A program made the position numbers and the translations under genes. A stretch of DNA of 64,000 bases, from contig OZ241830.1 in assembly GCA_965202585.1 (NCBI GenBank), forward strand, positions 71,982,001-72,046,000, given 5' to 3'. The notes beneath the pieces were generated by a model. The model searched no databases. It worked only from the letters and a program-made list of their open reading frames with translations, and was not told the DNA's origin. This document shows positions 41,301 through 53,144 of the stretch, piece by piece. The DNA is from Thalia democratica. Lineage: Eukaryota. The first letter of the stretch is position 1, and each line of letters opens with the position of its first letter.

Positions 41301-44300
41301 AAATTTCATTTACTAAAATAATGTTTAATTATGTTTCGAAATTTTTTTATTAAAGCATTGAGGGTACATTTTAGATAAGTATAACAAATGTTTTTTCATT
41401 TACCTACATTTGAAGTAGGTGAGATAAAAGTATTATAAAAAATCTTGGTATAGAATTGCTTGAAAATTTTAAAACTTACTTATTACGTCTACCACAACAA
41501 CCTCATAACTTTACAGACAATGACGAATGTTTGGACCCGAGTGTATGTGTTAGCGACAGAGAAACTTGTGTGAATACGGTCGGTAGTTTCAACTGTATAT
41601 GCGATTATCCCTTCTGGAGGGGCGAACCATCCGCTTGCGAAGGTTTGTTAACATCATGTAGTTATAATTACTGTTTTTCGCTCGGTTTATAGCGTTTGTG
41701 GTAACCTGTTTGTTATCAAAGTCACTTTTATCATACTAAATTACAAGTAATTGTTAAACAATTGTTAGTTAAAGTTTAAGAAAATTGTCCTGAAAAACTT
41801 AAACCAATTTTTCTCATCTAACAAACAGGATACTACTGTGTCGGCAACACTGAAACGCTGATGAACTGCGTGATTGGACCTGGCTTCCTCGAGTGGCCGG
41901 TACCGTGGAACGGAACTGACACTTACAACATCAACGAGCAAGTTTCATGGTTCGTCGACGACCAAGGAACTGGAAGTAAGTGTTTGCACTATGACGATTT
42001 TTAGATGAATAAAGGTAAAGAACATTTTTAAAGTTTTTTATCTTATTAATAGCTGTATATCATTCTAATTTGCTACAGTTTTTAATTTTATGTTTAGAAA
42101 ATGATACATTTTTAATAGAAGTTTTAATGTTTTTTCTAACTATTACAACACTTATCGCAGGTATCAGATTCACTCTGCTTGAGTTTTCTGTGAACGACGA
42201 GCAAGATTACTTCCTCATCAGCAGAAGCCCCAACCTTCGTGACATTTCATCTTACGTTGCTGTTGTAAGTATTTACTAATGATTCTACTATTAAAACAAG
42301 ATTGCACAGTGAAAAAACTTTCAATAAAAGTATTTTTTTTCAAAGTTTATCGCCTAAGACTGGTTTTCCCTTTTAATATGAAATTTTAGATCTAGTAATA
42401 AACTTATCTCCTTTCTAACAGATAACTGGTGACAAAGCGAACTTGTTATCATCGCAACAGCCTGCCACAGTAGACAACTTGCCGGGATGGAACCCTGACG
42501 CCAACACGATTGACGTGGCGACACCTGACGGCGGTATCTACATTCACTTCTTCTCTGACAGGAGCATCGTTGAAACCGGTTTCCTTGTTGGATACCAACT
42601 CGGTCAGTTGAACTTTTTAAAATCTTTTACGGGCCAAACAAAGCTTTTATGATTATTAAGTATTCGTATTTTTATACTTTTTTAATGAAAGTTTTTATTG
42701 TTATCTAAAAATTTATGACTGTTTCACCATAGTTGAACCATATAGAGCAATTTACAAATAACATTTGAGTTCTTTCACACAACAGTCTGTTATATTCTAA
42801 ATAAAGCTTGTTTAGACTTAAAGCTTAATATTAATTATCATCAGACGGAGACGATTGCGCGGGAGTAGTGTGCGCAAACAACGGAACTTGCGTTGATGGA
42901 GAGTTCGAATACACTTGTACTGACTGTCCCGGTTACACTGGGAGGGACTGTGACGTCGGTTAGTAGATAAGTCTATCAAAAATTTCGAATAAGTATTACT
43001 GAAGCTAAACAACTTCTTTATATTATTTTAGCTATAAGACTGAATCTTTCTACTCAATGTAGCTTTGTTCTTGTAAATTCTATTAGGTATCTATAACAGC
43101 TATTTAAAGTTCACCACATTAATTAAAACGTCACAGACATCGACGAATGCGCGTTGGGAACTGACGATTGTGACGACAACGCCGATTGCACGAACACGAT
43201 TGGCTCGTTCACTTGCGCCTGCCGAGCCGATTTCACCGGAGACGGAAAAACTTGCAATCGTTAGTTTGTTGTATAGCATTTTATCATCATTGTATAATGG
43301 CATTTTATCATTATACCATTTTAAAGATTTTTAATACAAGTAAGTTATAAATGTTTACACAGTAAAATTAAAAATAGTTTTGATTTTTTTTAATTAAAAC
43401 CTATATTCAGTTAGTTGTATTTTTTAAATTGGTACTAAAAATTAAAATCTACTTTTTATTGTGTTCAAATTAGATAACTTCAATGACTAAAATATATCTT
43501 CAATAAGATTTAACAAAATTAAGAAATAGATATTTTTATTTGGTTATTCTTATAAAAGTAATTATACTACAAAACATTTTCAAACAACACTTAAACTACA
43601 CATAAAAGATAAAGCTCTATACTTATAGTTTAAATTAACAAACTAGCTCTGATAATCTTGGATTCGTGGAGCGTTGCTGTCGTCGGTCAGTCGTTGCAAG
43701 TGACCCCCGTCGTAACTGAGCTTTGGGCCAAAAACACCAACTACGTCATCACCTACAACGTCATAGTGAGCAGGGTTTCCACCGGTGACGTCATAACTGC
43801 TGAATCGAACCAAGTCGATGCAGACAACTTCTCGGTATGACTTGTACTGAATTTTTGATCATTTTGTTTAGGAGGAAATATCTTTTTAAACTAAACGTTT
43901 ATTGAAGTTTTATTTAAACTTTCTACCGAGTCAAATGTTAAAATTTCATTTTAATACTGCAATTTTTTTAATGTACATATAAAAAGTAATATTATTTATT
44001 TATTTTAAAACTGTATTACCCATCTAAGACTATAAACAGCTTAAATGACTTATAGAATTAATTAATATATCTTCAATCCCTTGTAATTTTTTTTATCAAC
44101 TATTTTCAACACCAATTAAAGTCCCATTGTTACAGCCAATCGTAGTCGAGGGGTTGGTGCCTTTCAACGAGTACGTTGTGACAGTCGTGCCTGGACTTAC
44201 TGGTGCCTTCTTCGGTACTGCAACTTTTGTTAATAATGGAGCACCCGTCAGCGCAACTACTGATGGAACAAGTTTGTTTCCCTTTTTTTTTGCAAAAAAA

Positions 44301-47300
44301 CTTACTGAGTATCAAAAGTGAACCCAAAAGTTTTTAAAATTATACCTACTTTAATTATAAAAACAACATTTAAATTTATAAAAAAATTTATTGGAACCCA
44401 TTGTTTTAAATTTGTACTAACTCCGCTTTTCTTTCTTAAATACTGAAGTATTAGAAAATTAAAGCCTAGTTTAAATTCTTTTGAATATTTTCAATATGCA
44501 GCATAAGTATAACTTTCTAATATAAAACTTTATGACGTCATCATCATTTCAGCACCTCGCGCACCAACTGGACTGACAGTTAATGCCAGTGACATGACAG
44601 CCGGTTTGTCCTGGGTTGCACCGGACGAGACGGACAGAGGCACCACCCTTTATTACATCATAACGGTCAGGCGAACTGAAGAGGACTGCACCAGGTTCGT
44701 ACCCATTGGCGACACTAAGGATTGCGACGAAGCAAGAGTAAGTTTGTTAATAATTAATAAACAATAAATGTGTGGTTTATTTTGTAAAACACAAAACATA
44801 ATTTTATAAATACCACTTTACAGTAAAACTTAAACAATGATGTAATTATTTTATTTTACAACTAATACTGTTATTAAAAATAATACAAGTTTTTTATTTT
44901 CAGACTAAAACATAGTTTTGGTACAATATTTTTTTAACTTATATTTTAACTAAAGTCATTTTATCTTAACGTATTCCACAGGAGTTCAATGTTTCTGCTC
45001 CCCTCACTGCGTTGGACATCAGTTCCTTGGTGAGTTTCAGAACTTACCAGGTATCCGTCACCGCATACACAGCTGCCGGTGCTGGCTCTTCCAGCTCCGT
45101 GTTGACCTTTTTCACCGGTTTGTTTGATGGTTTTAATGCTGAAAAAAACATGTAACGACTTAAATATCTTTTAAAAGAGATCTTGAATTATTTACAGTTA
45201 TGATATTTTTGTTGTTTGGTTTTTATGTCATTACAAACCTATCGTGTCTAATGTAAGAAAGTTTATAAACTTTTCATTTTTAAAGTCCTCAATGACAAAA
45301 ACTTATTAAACTTTTTTATCTTTGTGATAAACCATACACTGAATTATGACGTCAAACACAGGAAACGTATGCCCGCATTTCGACGGAGGTGATGCCCCCA
45401 TTGTGTGCACTTTTAACACGGCAGTAATACAGAGCCCCAACTTCCCAGGACAATACGGAGTTTTCGCTGACGTCTTCCACGTCATCAACTTTAACGGGTC
45501 AAAAGGTTTAGTTTTGATTTTTGGTTGTTAAACTGTTAAATGGTGTTTTAATTGATAGCAATAACTTTTAGATAATTTTTAAGACTTTTTTTGTATAACT
45601 TTAAATGTCTATTATATTAGAGTAAAAAAATATGATGCTAACATTAATTTAAATGTTCTTTAGATTTTCAAATTTAAGCACGCATATTTTAATCAAAAAC
45701 TAGTACCGTTGTACTTAACTGCTTTTTAAAATGTTACACAATTAAACAAAACAATATATTTTAACCACAGCTGTCAGATTCACGTTTGATTACTTCAACA
45801 CTGAACTTAACCAGGATTTCTTGGACTTTGGATCTGCTGATGTTCCTCTTGTTGAAGGACTCAGCCCTGACTTAGTGTAAGTAGTAGTGCAATATTGTAA
45901 ATGTTTATTAGAAAGTAGTTTTGTTAATGAAGTTTTTTTTTTAATAACTTTGTCTATTCATTTTGGAGAATTGAATTAAAGTTTTTGACTAGTTAAGGGA
46001 AAAATACTAATGTTTTTTAAATAAAGCTAACGACAAAACTAATGTCTCGAAAAAAGAGCAATTTATTGCTTTTAATCTAAATTTTTCGCTCCGTTTTTTT
46101 ATTGTAGTTAAAGCCCTTGTTTTTATTTAATCAACATAAATATTCTATAGGTTCTAGGCACATACTATTTTGTAAAACGAGATCAGATCAAAACATCATA
46201 CTTTCTATTACTTTTAAAACCTTTAAACATGTTCTTAAATAGTTTGTAACAGAACCTAAATAATCTTAACTAGTATATTTTAAACAGTACGGACTCATAC
46301 TCTGGTGATTTGACAAATGATGGAGTTAGCAAGATATTTTTAGCTGAGGACACTGGACCCCAAGTGTGGGCCAGATTCGCAGTTGATTTGTTCAACACAG
46401 ATGAAAGCAGCTACTTAGGTTACCAAGTCAAATACGAGCTCGGTTAGTTTGTATGCATTTTTCTGTACAAGATTTTTTATTATTATGAGTTTTCTCACTA
46501 ATTGTTAATGCTTTGCTTTTATCTAATGACGTACTACATACAGAAAATCTAACTTTTAAACTAAGTAAATAAAAATTTGACAAATGATCTAAAATATTGT
46601 TTTTTGTTCTGCTTCCAAACAGGTATTGGTACATTCGTGTTCTATTCATTTTAACCTAGTTTACACATTTACTACATGTTTGTAAATTATACACAAACAA
46701 ATTAACTAAATTAAAAACTTAATTATTAACTCATTAAACAACATTATGACGACACAGACGGAGACGATTGCGCGTCAAGCCCCTGTTTGAACGGAGGAGT
46801 GTGCAGTGACGGGGTGTTTGATTTCTCGTGCACGTGTCCCGATGGTTTTGGTGAAAAGACATGCTTGCGTCAGTTAAAAATTTAATTAAAGAATTTTAAG
46901 TTTGATTTACTTCCAAAAACATAAAACAAAAATAGTACAAATTTTATAAGGTGTTTGACGTTACAAATAAAACTAAAAAGTAGAACCAGTTGTTTAAAGA
47001 TAGAAAGAAACCTTACGTTCTAAAAGTTGTATTTAAACGAGAGAAAAAGTTTGTAGAAAATAAACTATATATTTAGAACCTTAAATTTAACATAAAGTTT
47101 ATACAAAAAATTCAATATAAATACTAACACAGCGATCTTGACCACGACACTATCTTGTTCTTCTCCATCCACCAGTGAAGTCACAGCTACTTGGTCGGTA
47201 TCAGCTGCTGATGGTGTTGATGTTGAAGCACTTGTCACTGTTCGTTTGTTTTAATATTTTAAAAATTTAAAAAATAAAAATTGCATAGTTAAAAACGTTT

Positions 47301-50300
47301 CTGAAAAAAAAAATGTAGAAACTACTTTCTTTGTATTTAATAGGTCATCACTTTTTTATTAGATTTATTTGTAACTCATTTGGAATAAATTTATTATCTT
47401 TAATATTTTAAAACTAAACAAACAAACATTTTAATATATATGTTGACAGACGTACACAGTAACAGTGAACGAAGTTGCTTCGTTAACAACTAATACCTCA
47501 GTTACCTTTGACGGATTCGAACCTGAACAACCTTACGAAATATCTGTGGTTCCTGACGCAACCGGAGCTTTGATCGTTGGGGATACTTGTAGCGGAAACA
47601 CAAGTTTTTTTTTGCTAAATAATTTTTGATTGTTAAAACTATAAATCCTCAAACTGTTTTTTAAGCATCGTTTTTCATAACTCCCTTTCAACTATTTTGT
47701 ATAACCCTGACGCCTTACTGCTTAAGGAGTAAAATGACATGACTTAAATCTATATAGTGATTAAAGCAGTGAACATTTATGTACTAAACGCTTAATACTA
47801 ACTAAACATTTGTTTACCAATCTGTATATATATATATATAGATATATATGATTTAGACCATTATTTATTTGTACCTGATGATCTGATTTTATTACTGAAA
47901 TATTGTCGTACTCAAACTAGTTAACTAAACAGTAATATTGTTATTATTGGTTACTTCATTTATAAGCACTTTAAATTTTTTCATTAAGTAATTCACTATA
48001 TAACAATAGAGATTTATATAAAAGTAGTAATATTTTACGTTTTGTTTGAACTTTACAAAATCTAAAGTTTTATTTGAAAATCTAAACTTAAACCAATGTA
48101 TTCAGGAGCAATCATTCAGAACTTTGTGACGGATCTTGCAGTAACAGGAGCTACTTGGAACTCATTGAGCCTAACATGGGGTCCACCTATACCATTGTTG
48201 ACAGACCCACAAACATATTCGTGAGTTTTAGACTTCATGTTGCAAAATATTCGTAACAGTAAATTATTTTAAACACATGCATTTCCTCTGCTTAATTGTT
48301 TTGTTGATAATTACATTATCATTATGCTACGCTTATTATACCGGGTTACTTACTAAGTTATTAATAAAATAAGAGTGTAGTTTAGTAAAAATTTACACAA
48401 TTTTATGATGGGTAAAAGCTAAAGTACAATAACATACAAGTTTTTCAGATGTTCTAAAACTAACTTAGAATAAACTAAAAGCTTCAATTGTGTTCAAACA
48501 TTACGTAAAATGCTTTCAATACAAGGAACAATAAGCTAATATAGATAAGACTAAACATAACATACATTATACTAAATGATATAATACAATATATTGTTTA
48601 ATGTATAAGTAATAACAACCAACTTATACCACAAACACACAGAGTAACTACAACAGTGGACGGAGTCGAGACAACCGAAGTAGTAACCGCCGAATCAATC
48701 ACCGTGAGCGATTTGCAGCCCGGTAGCAGTTATGACGTCACAGTGGCCGCAATCGACGCTGATGGCGCCACCACGCGACCAGTGACCGTTTCAACGTCAA
48801 CTGATCCCGAATCAGGTTGGCGATGGTATTTGTAACAACATAGTCTATCAATTATTTTCCCAGGGACTTTATATTTATATGTGTATTAGTGTTATGATAC
48901 ACCAGTTAAACTTGTATATAATATAAAATACTCGACAAAAGTCTTAACTTATTTTGTAAAAAATGTTATTCATTTTAATTTATATTAAGTTATTACAACC
49001 GTTTTAGTTAGTAATAATGATGTTAGCATAACGATTGCTTCTACTTTCATAACAGCTCCGGCAGCTGTATCAGGTGTGGTGCTTTCAAGAGATGGAGAAA
49101 ATGTGAACGTTAACTTTGTCGCTCCTGATCCAGCCAATGGAAATCTACTTCCCTATGATGTTGAATACACGTTTGTTATTTTTTCAATTCATTACACTTA
49201 TATTTTTTATTGCTTAAATAATTGTAATGATGGCAATGATTTTTGACGTATATAACTTTAGTTGTAATTATTTTAAATAGTAGAAAAAGTATTTGACCTT
49301 TGTTAAACCACATATTCTTTGTTATTTATTTTATTTTGTCGTTTTAGAACGTTGCACAAAAAGCCTTTTAAAATCATAAAACACCTTTCATTAAACTTCA
49401 ACAATCATATCATCATGAAAAAATATTAACAGAGTGCGTAATTGTACTGAACCAGCTTGTAGTGGTACTATAGAAGTAAATGCTGACCAGACATCCACAG
49501 AAATTGAAGGTCTTCCCCCGTACAGGTTTGTTAATTGAAAAATAGTTTTGTTTTATATTAAAAGTTAGTTTATTAAAACGTGTTAAAATTAAATTTATAC
49601 ATATTGCAACTGCTGGTAATAAACGTCTTGCTTTTTTTTTGAATTCCGATATCAAATAGTTTAAAAAATGAAAATAAATCAACCAGTCTAAATTTTTATA
49701 ACATAAATTTACTTCTACAATGTAAAAAGTTAGTTCGCTTAAAATGAAGGTAACCATTTTTTCAATAATTTAGATATTTTTATTTAGTCTTCTATTACTT
49801 ATGTAAATTTTTCTACAGCTTGGTAGATGTAGTTATTGTGGCAGCTACAGCTGGTGGATCCACACGAACAGATCCTATAACGATTTTAACAAACCCTGGA
49901 GGTAAAAATTGTTTCTTATATTTTTACACTAGCAGTTATAACATGATTTAATAGTAGATATTTAGTTTTTCACTACTCTTTGTTTTAAGTTATACTCCTT
50001 GATTGTCGTTAAATGTAATCTTATTTAAAGTATATATGTTTAAAAAATTTTCATACTCCTGTTGTTTACAGAGACCTTTAATTCTTTTGAGTATAATTAA
50101 GTTGTTAAAACTGTACTCTTTACTGCAACTCGATATGTTTACAAAACAGATACAGGTTAACCAAAAACTTATTTATGTACTTTTGATAAGCAATTTTTGT
50201 AATATTATTTCGCTATTGCTAAAAGCATGTCTTACAACATCATTACATTATAGTGAACATAAAGTAGTTTTTACTTACATAAACAGTACCGGGACCTGTG

Positions 50301-53144
50301 AGCTTAACACAAGTGTCTGAAACACCAACAACAGTGACTGTCCAAGCATCCCAAGTAACAGATGCTTCTGTTGGTCCTGAGACCCTTGTTGTCGTGGCAA
50401 CTCCGTTTGGTGGCGATGCATCTCTTCCTGAAATCACCACAACTGTTAGTTGAAATTATGTTTGTTATAGGATTAAAAAGAGTTTTTTATACATATAAAA
50501 TAAAATATACTCATTTAGTTTTAATTTACACCGACTTATAAGCTAATTTCATTAGATTTTCCAAGTTCTTTAACAAACTATTAATAACATTAAACGCAAG
50601 TAGGACTTTTGAATTAAGACAAAATTTTTTGTATGATGTAGCTACCAACTTACTAAACATTTTCATGATAAAAAGTTTGCTCAAAAGCAATATTTTTTAA
50701 GTGATATATTGTAAATGCTAATGTTACCTAGTATTTTTAGTAACACTTATAGTATCTTACTTAATAATTAAAAAACTACTTTGCTTTTACACTACTAGTA
50801 CTATAAGACGTATAACTCGTTTTGAGTATAATTTACAAAAACGTCAGGTGGCAAACGTAAGCTACCCAGTAGATGTAACACTGGAAGGACTAGTAGTAGG
50901 ACAAGCTTACAGCATCGTTGCAACCCCATCAACTACGACTGGAGCTGCTTCTGAATCAGGCGCAGTTATCCTTTATAGAGGTATATTTTCTTAAAAGATT
51001 TTTTTATCTTTGAAACTGTAGTAAACACTTTATATTTAGTACAATACATAGTTTAAGTTTTGTTAGTCTATTGTGATTTGTCTTTTTTGCTATTGTAAAA
51101 TAAACTTTATTTTTTATCGTGTATTTTTAACAAAAAAAACTTTAGCTCATCCAAACCATGTACCACTAATATTTATTATGTCTAACTAGTTTTAGGAAAG
51201 TGACAAACACTTATTACTTACGATAAAAAATATATCGTTTTTGTTAAAGTTATAATAATCAAGCCAAGATTGCCGAGTTTCAATTATTTAGCTTAACAAA
51301 CTTTTAACACTATATTTGTTTAAGAGCGCTAAAACGCTATTTGTCATGTAATGATTGTAAACTTTGAAACAATAGTTTTTTAAACACATAAGAAATAAAA
51401 ACATAACCACTTTCCAACAGACCCAGTCATAGTGGCGGACGACGCCGCAGTGAAGGAGGTTCTGACCGTGCCTGCATCATCGGAATCTGTTCCTCCTGCG
51501 AGCACCTTCTCCTTCCCGATCAACAATCCGTGTCTGAGCAAGGACGAGCTGTTCGACGAGGACGGAGGAGAGGTGACCGAGGTGGAAGTTTACGTGAGGG
51601 AGGCCTCCTCCGTTGAAGCTGGTACGAATATTTACCATGATTTATTTATATAAAACTTATGAGTTTTAAATTGATTTTTGTGTAATAAACAAATTTTATA
51701 AAACAAAGAAAATTAAACTGATAAGAAATATTTTAAATTTCAAAACTTGAAACAATTTTTATTAAAAACACCATATTTAATAAATTAATATTTACCACGA
51801 TACAAAAGTATAACTTATTTTCTTAGATAAATATAATCATTGAAATTAAATTAAACAAATCAAGTTTAAAACGTTTACAAATTCAAATCTTATTCTAAAT
51901 TTAAATTTAGTAAACGAGGACAGCCCTGCAACGTGGGACGCGTCCATGTTCAACGACGACAGGATCGTGAGCCCGTACCTCGCCTTGACCGTGCAGTGCG
52001 GATCGGGCAGAAGGAGGAAGAGACAAGCTACAAGCGATATTGTTATCGTCGGTCAGTTGAAGTTGCTTGCGATATCAAAAAAAAAACAGTCGGTTCATGT
52101 GCTCGTAGCAGCACCGTTTTATACAACGCTTTTTTATTGTTCCTTGTTGTATTGTCGTATTACTTCAAATTTACAAAGCCATACTCTTGTGAGAACTGTC
52201 ATAAAAGAACTTTGAAGTTAACTTTTTTATTTCTGATAAAAAAACAATTTGAAATGAACATTTATTAAAATTTCTTCCGAATAACTTTAACGAGAACGAA
52301 CCGTTTTAGTAACATATACTGTAAAATTGTTAGGATGATATTTCTCAAAGCTCAAAATGTTTTTTAGGAGCTGATTCCGATTGTTTTGAAACAAGGGAGG
52401 CGGGTTGCAACGGGCCTCTGCCGGCAGGAAGAAGCTACGACACCGCTTTGAGGGCGAGGAATGTAGGTGGCAAGGAATCAGGTGTTTCCGATTTCACCAC
52501 AGGGGAAGACGGGGTAGGCGCCTTCTCAACCAGTCCCCTACCAGGTATGCTGTTGCTACTGACGACAGACTTACTGTCGATCGCGCCTGTTTAGTTGTTG
52601 TTTTGAGTAATGTACAATTAATAGCTTCATGATTCATGAAAAAAATTACTGACTAAAGTAAAATTTAAAAAAAGTTAGCTGTGAAATTCCAATCAAAATT
52701 GTCATAAAAACCTTTAGGTAGAAGAGTGTGTTTTTATATACTTGCCTACATACATATTTATAATAATACAACAGAGGGACTTCAACCCGGAGAGATTGCA
52801 GCAATTGTTATCGGTTGTGTGATCTTCCTCTTGCTTCTCATTCTTCTCATTGTCTTCTGCGTCAGAAAGAGGTTTGTTGCTTTATAAAATAATTTATAGA
52901 CGTGATTGAAACAACAAACAATTAACATTGGTTTTTAGTTTATAGATTATAAGTATCGCATATTTAATGAGTGAGTTTATAAATTAAGTTTTACGAAGCT
53001 CATTAGACTAAGATTTCATTAAAAACTATCAGGAACCGCAGAGGTAGCCACAACGTATCAGGGTCATCGAATCCCGCATTTTCAGAAAAGAAGTACGACG
53101 TTTCCGTGGCTCAAGTGTCCACCACTTACAGTAAAGAAGTTTAA
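26335..53144 (+). CDS. Large type-I membrane protein with CUB, calcium-binding EGF and FN3 domains, 49 coding exons, about 2289 aa
   Basis: Phase-consistent exons: 26335-26428, 27264-27443, 28104-28227, 31105-31310, 31911-32042, 32920-33045, 33362-33493, 34063-34188, 34523-34648, 34853-34981, 36249-36380, 36708-36836, 37196-37324, 37921-38181, 38388-38513, 39045-39173, 39424-39552, 39783-40043, 40247-40372, 40549-40677, 41041-41169, 41517-41642, 41829-41975, 42161-42264, 42422-42602, 42845-42958, 43137-43259, 43647-43834, 44136-44271, 44553-44737, 44982-45117, 45362-45505, 45771-45876, 46288-46442, 46758-46868, 47133-47239, 47450-47603, 48106-48220, 48643-48815, 49056-49170, 49433-49525, 49819-49901, 50287-50444, 50848-50980, 51421-51621, 51911-52051, 52368-52544, 52775-52871, 53033-53144. 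The sum is 6870 nt with no internal stop. Signal peptide [19 protein letters not shown]. Confidence 0.85.
27264..31310 (+). CDS. Receptor exons 2-4: divergent N-terminal CUB-like domain
   Basis: [63 protein letters not shown] has CUB-like spacing (ILSP, W, F-x-S/T-D equivalent). Domain call is by eye. Confidence 0.6.
29761..29960. repeat. Dispersed repeat of about 200 bp in receptor intron 3, inverted relative to 54619-54820
   Basis: The reverse complement of 29821-29960 matches 54619-54757 with few mismatches (core AGCAAACAGAGTTAGCAAGCGTGCACAGACGTCAAACAG). Weaker similarity extends about 60 bp further. Confidence 0.85.
30816..31047. mobile_element. Degenerate MITE-like insertion (about 216 bp) in intron 3
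   Basis: An 8-bp direct repeat TTCTAATT lies at 30816-30823 and 31040-31047. Subterminal inverted motif TCAAAATCCAC / GTGGATTTTGA, with internal CCCTAACCCTTACCCT. The terminal TIR bases are degenerate. Confidence 0.5.
31911..41642 (+). CDS. Receptor exons 5-22: array of 20 EGF domains (19 calcium-binding type)
   Basis: Repeated D-[IVQN]-[DN]-E-C...C-x-N-x-x-G-[SGT]-F-x-C-x-C-x-x-G-[FYW]-x-G..C. All exons are phase 1-1, 126-132 nt, plus two 261-nt double-EGF exons. Confidence 0.93.
37173..40677 (+). repeat. Internal tandem duplication of a 4-exon (5-EGF) unit: about 37173-39173 and 39401-40677
   Basis: Exons 13/17, 14/18 and 15/19 are near-identical, and 16/20 are paralogous. Introns 38182-38387 and 40044-40246 are alignable. 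Confidence 0.9.
41829..46868 (+). CDS. Receptor exons 23-35: CUB2, 2 EGF, 2 FN3-like, CUB3, EGF
   Basis: [20 protein letters not shown] and [27 protein letters not shown] (CUB). [20 protein letters not shown] (FN3). DGDDC..CxNxGxCxDG (EGF). Confidence 0.85.
47133..53144 (+). CDS. Receptor exons 36-49: about 4 FN3-like repeats, juxtamembrane module, TM helix and short cytoplasmic tail
   Basis: [22 protein letters not shown] (FN3), [49 protein letters not shown], tail [39 protein letters not shown]. Confidence 0.85.

Noticed and set aside
53133-53144. C-terminal SKEV as a class I PDZ ligand
   Set aside because: Position -2 is Lys, not Ser/Thr.
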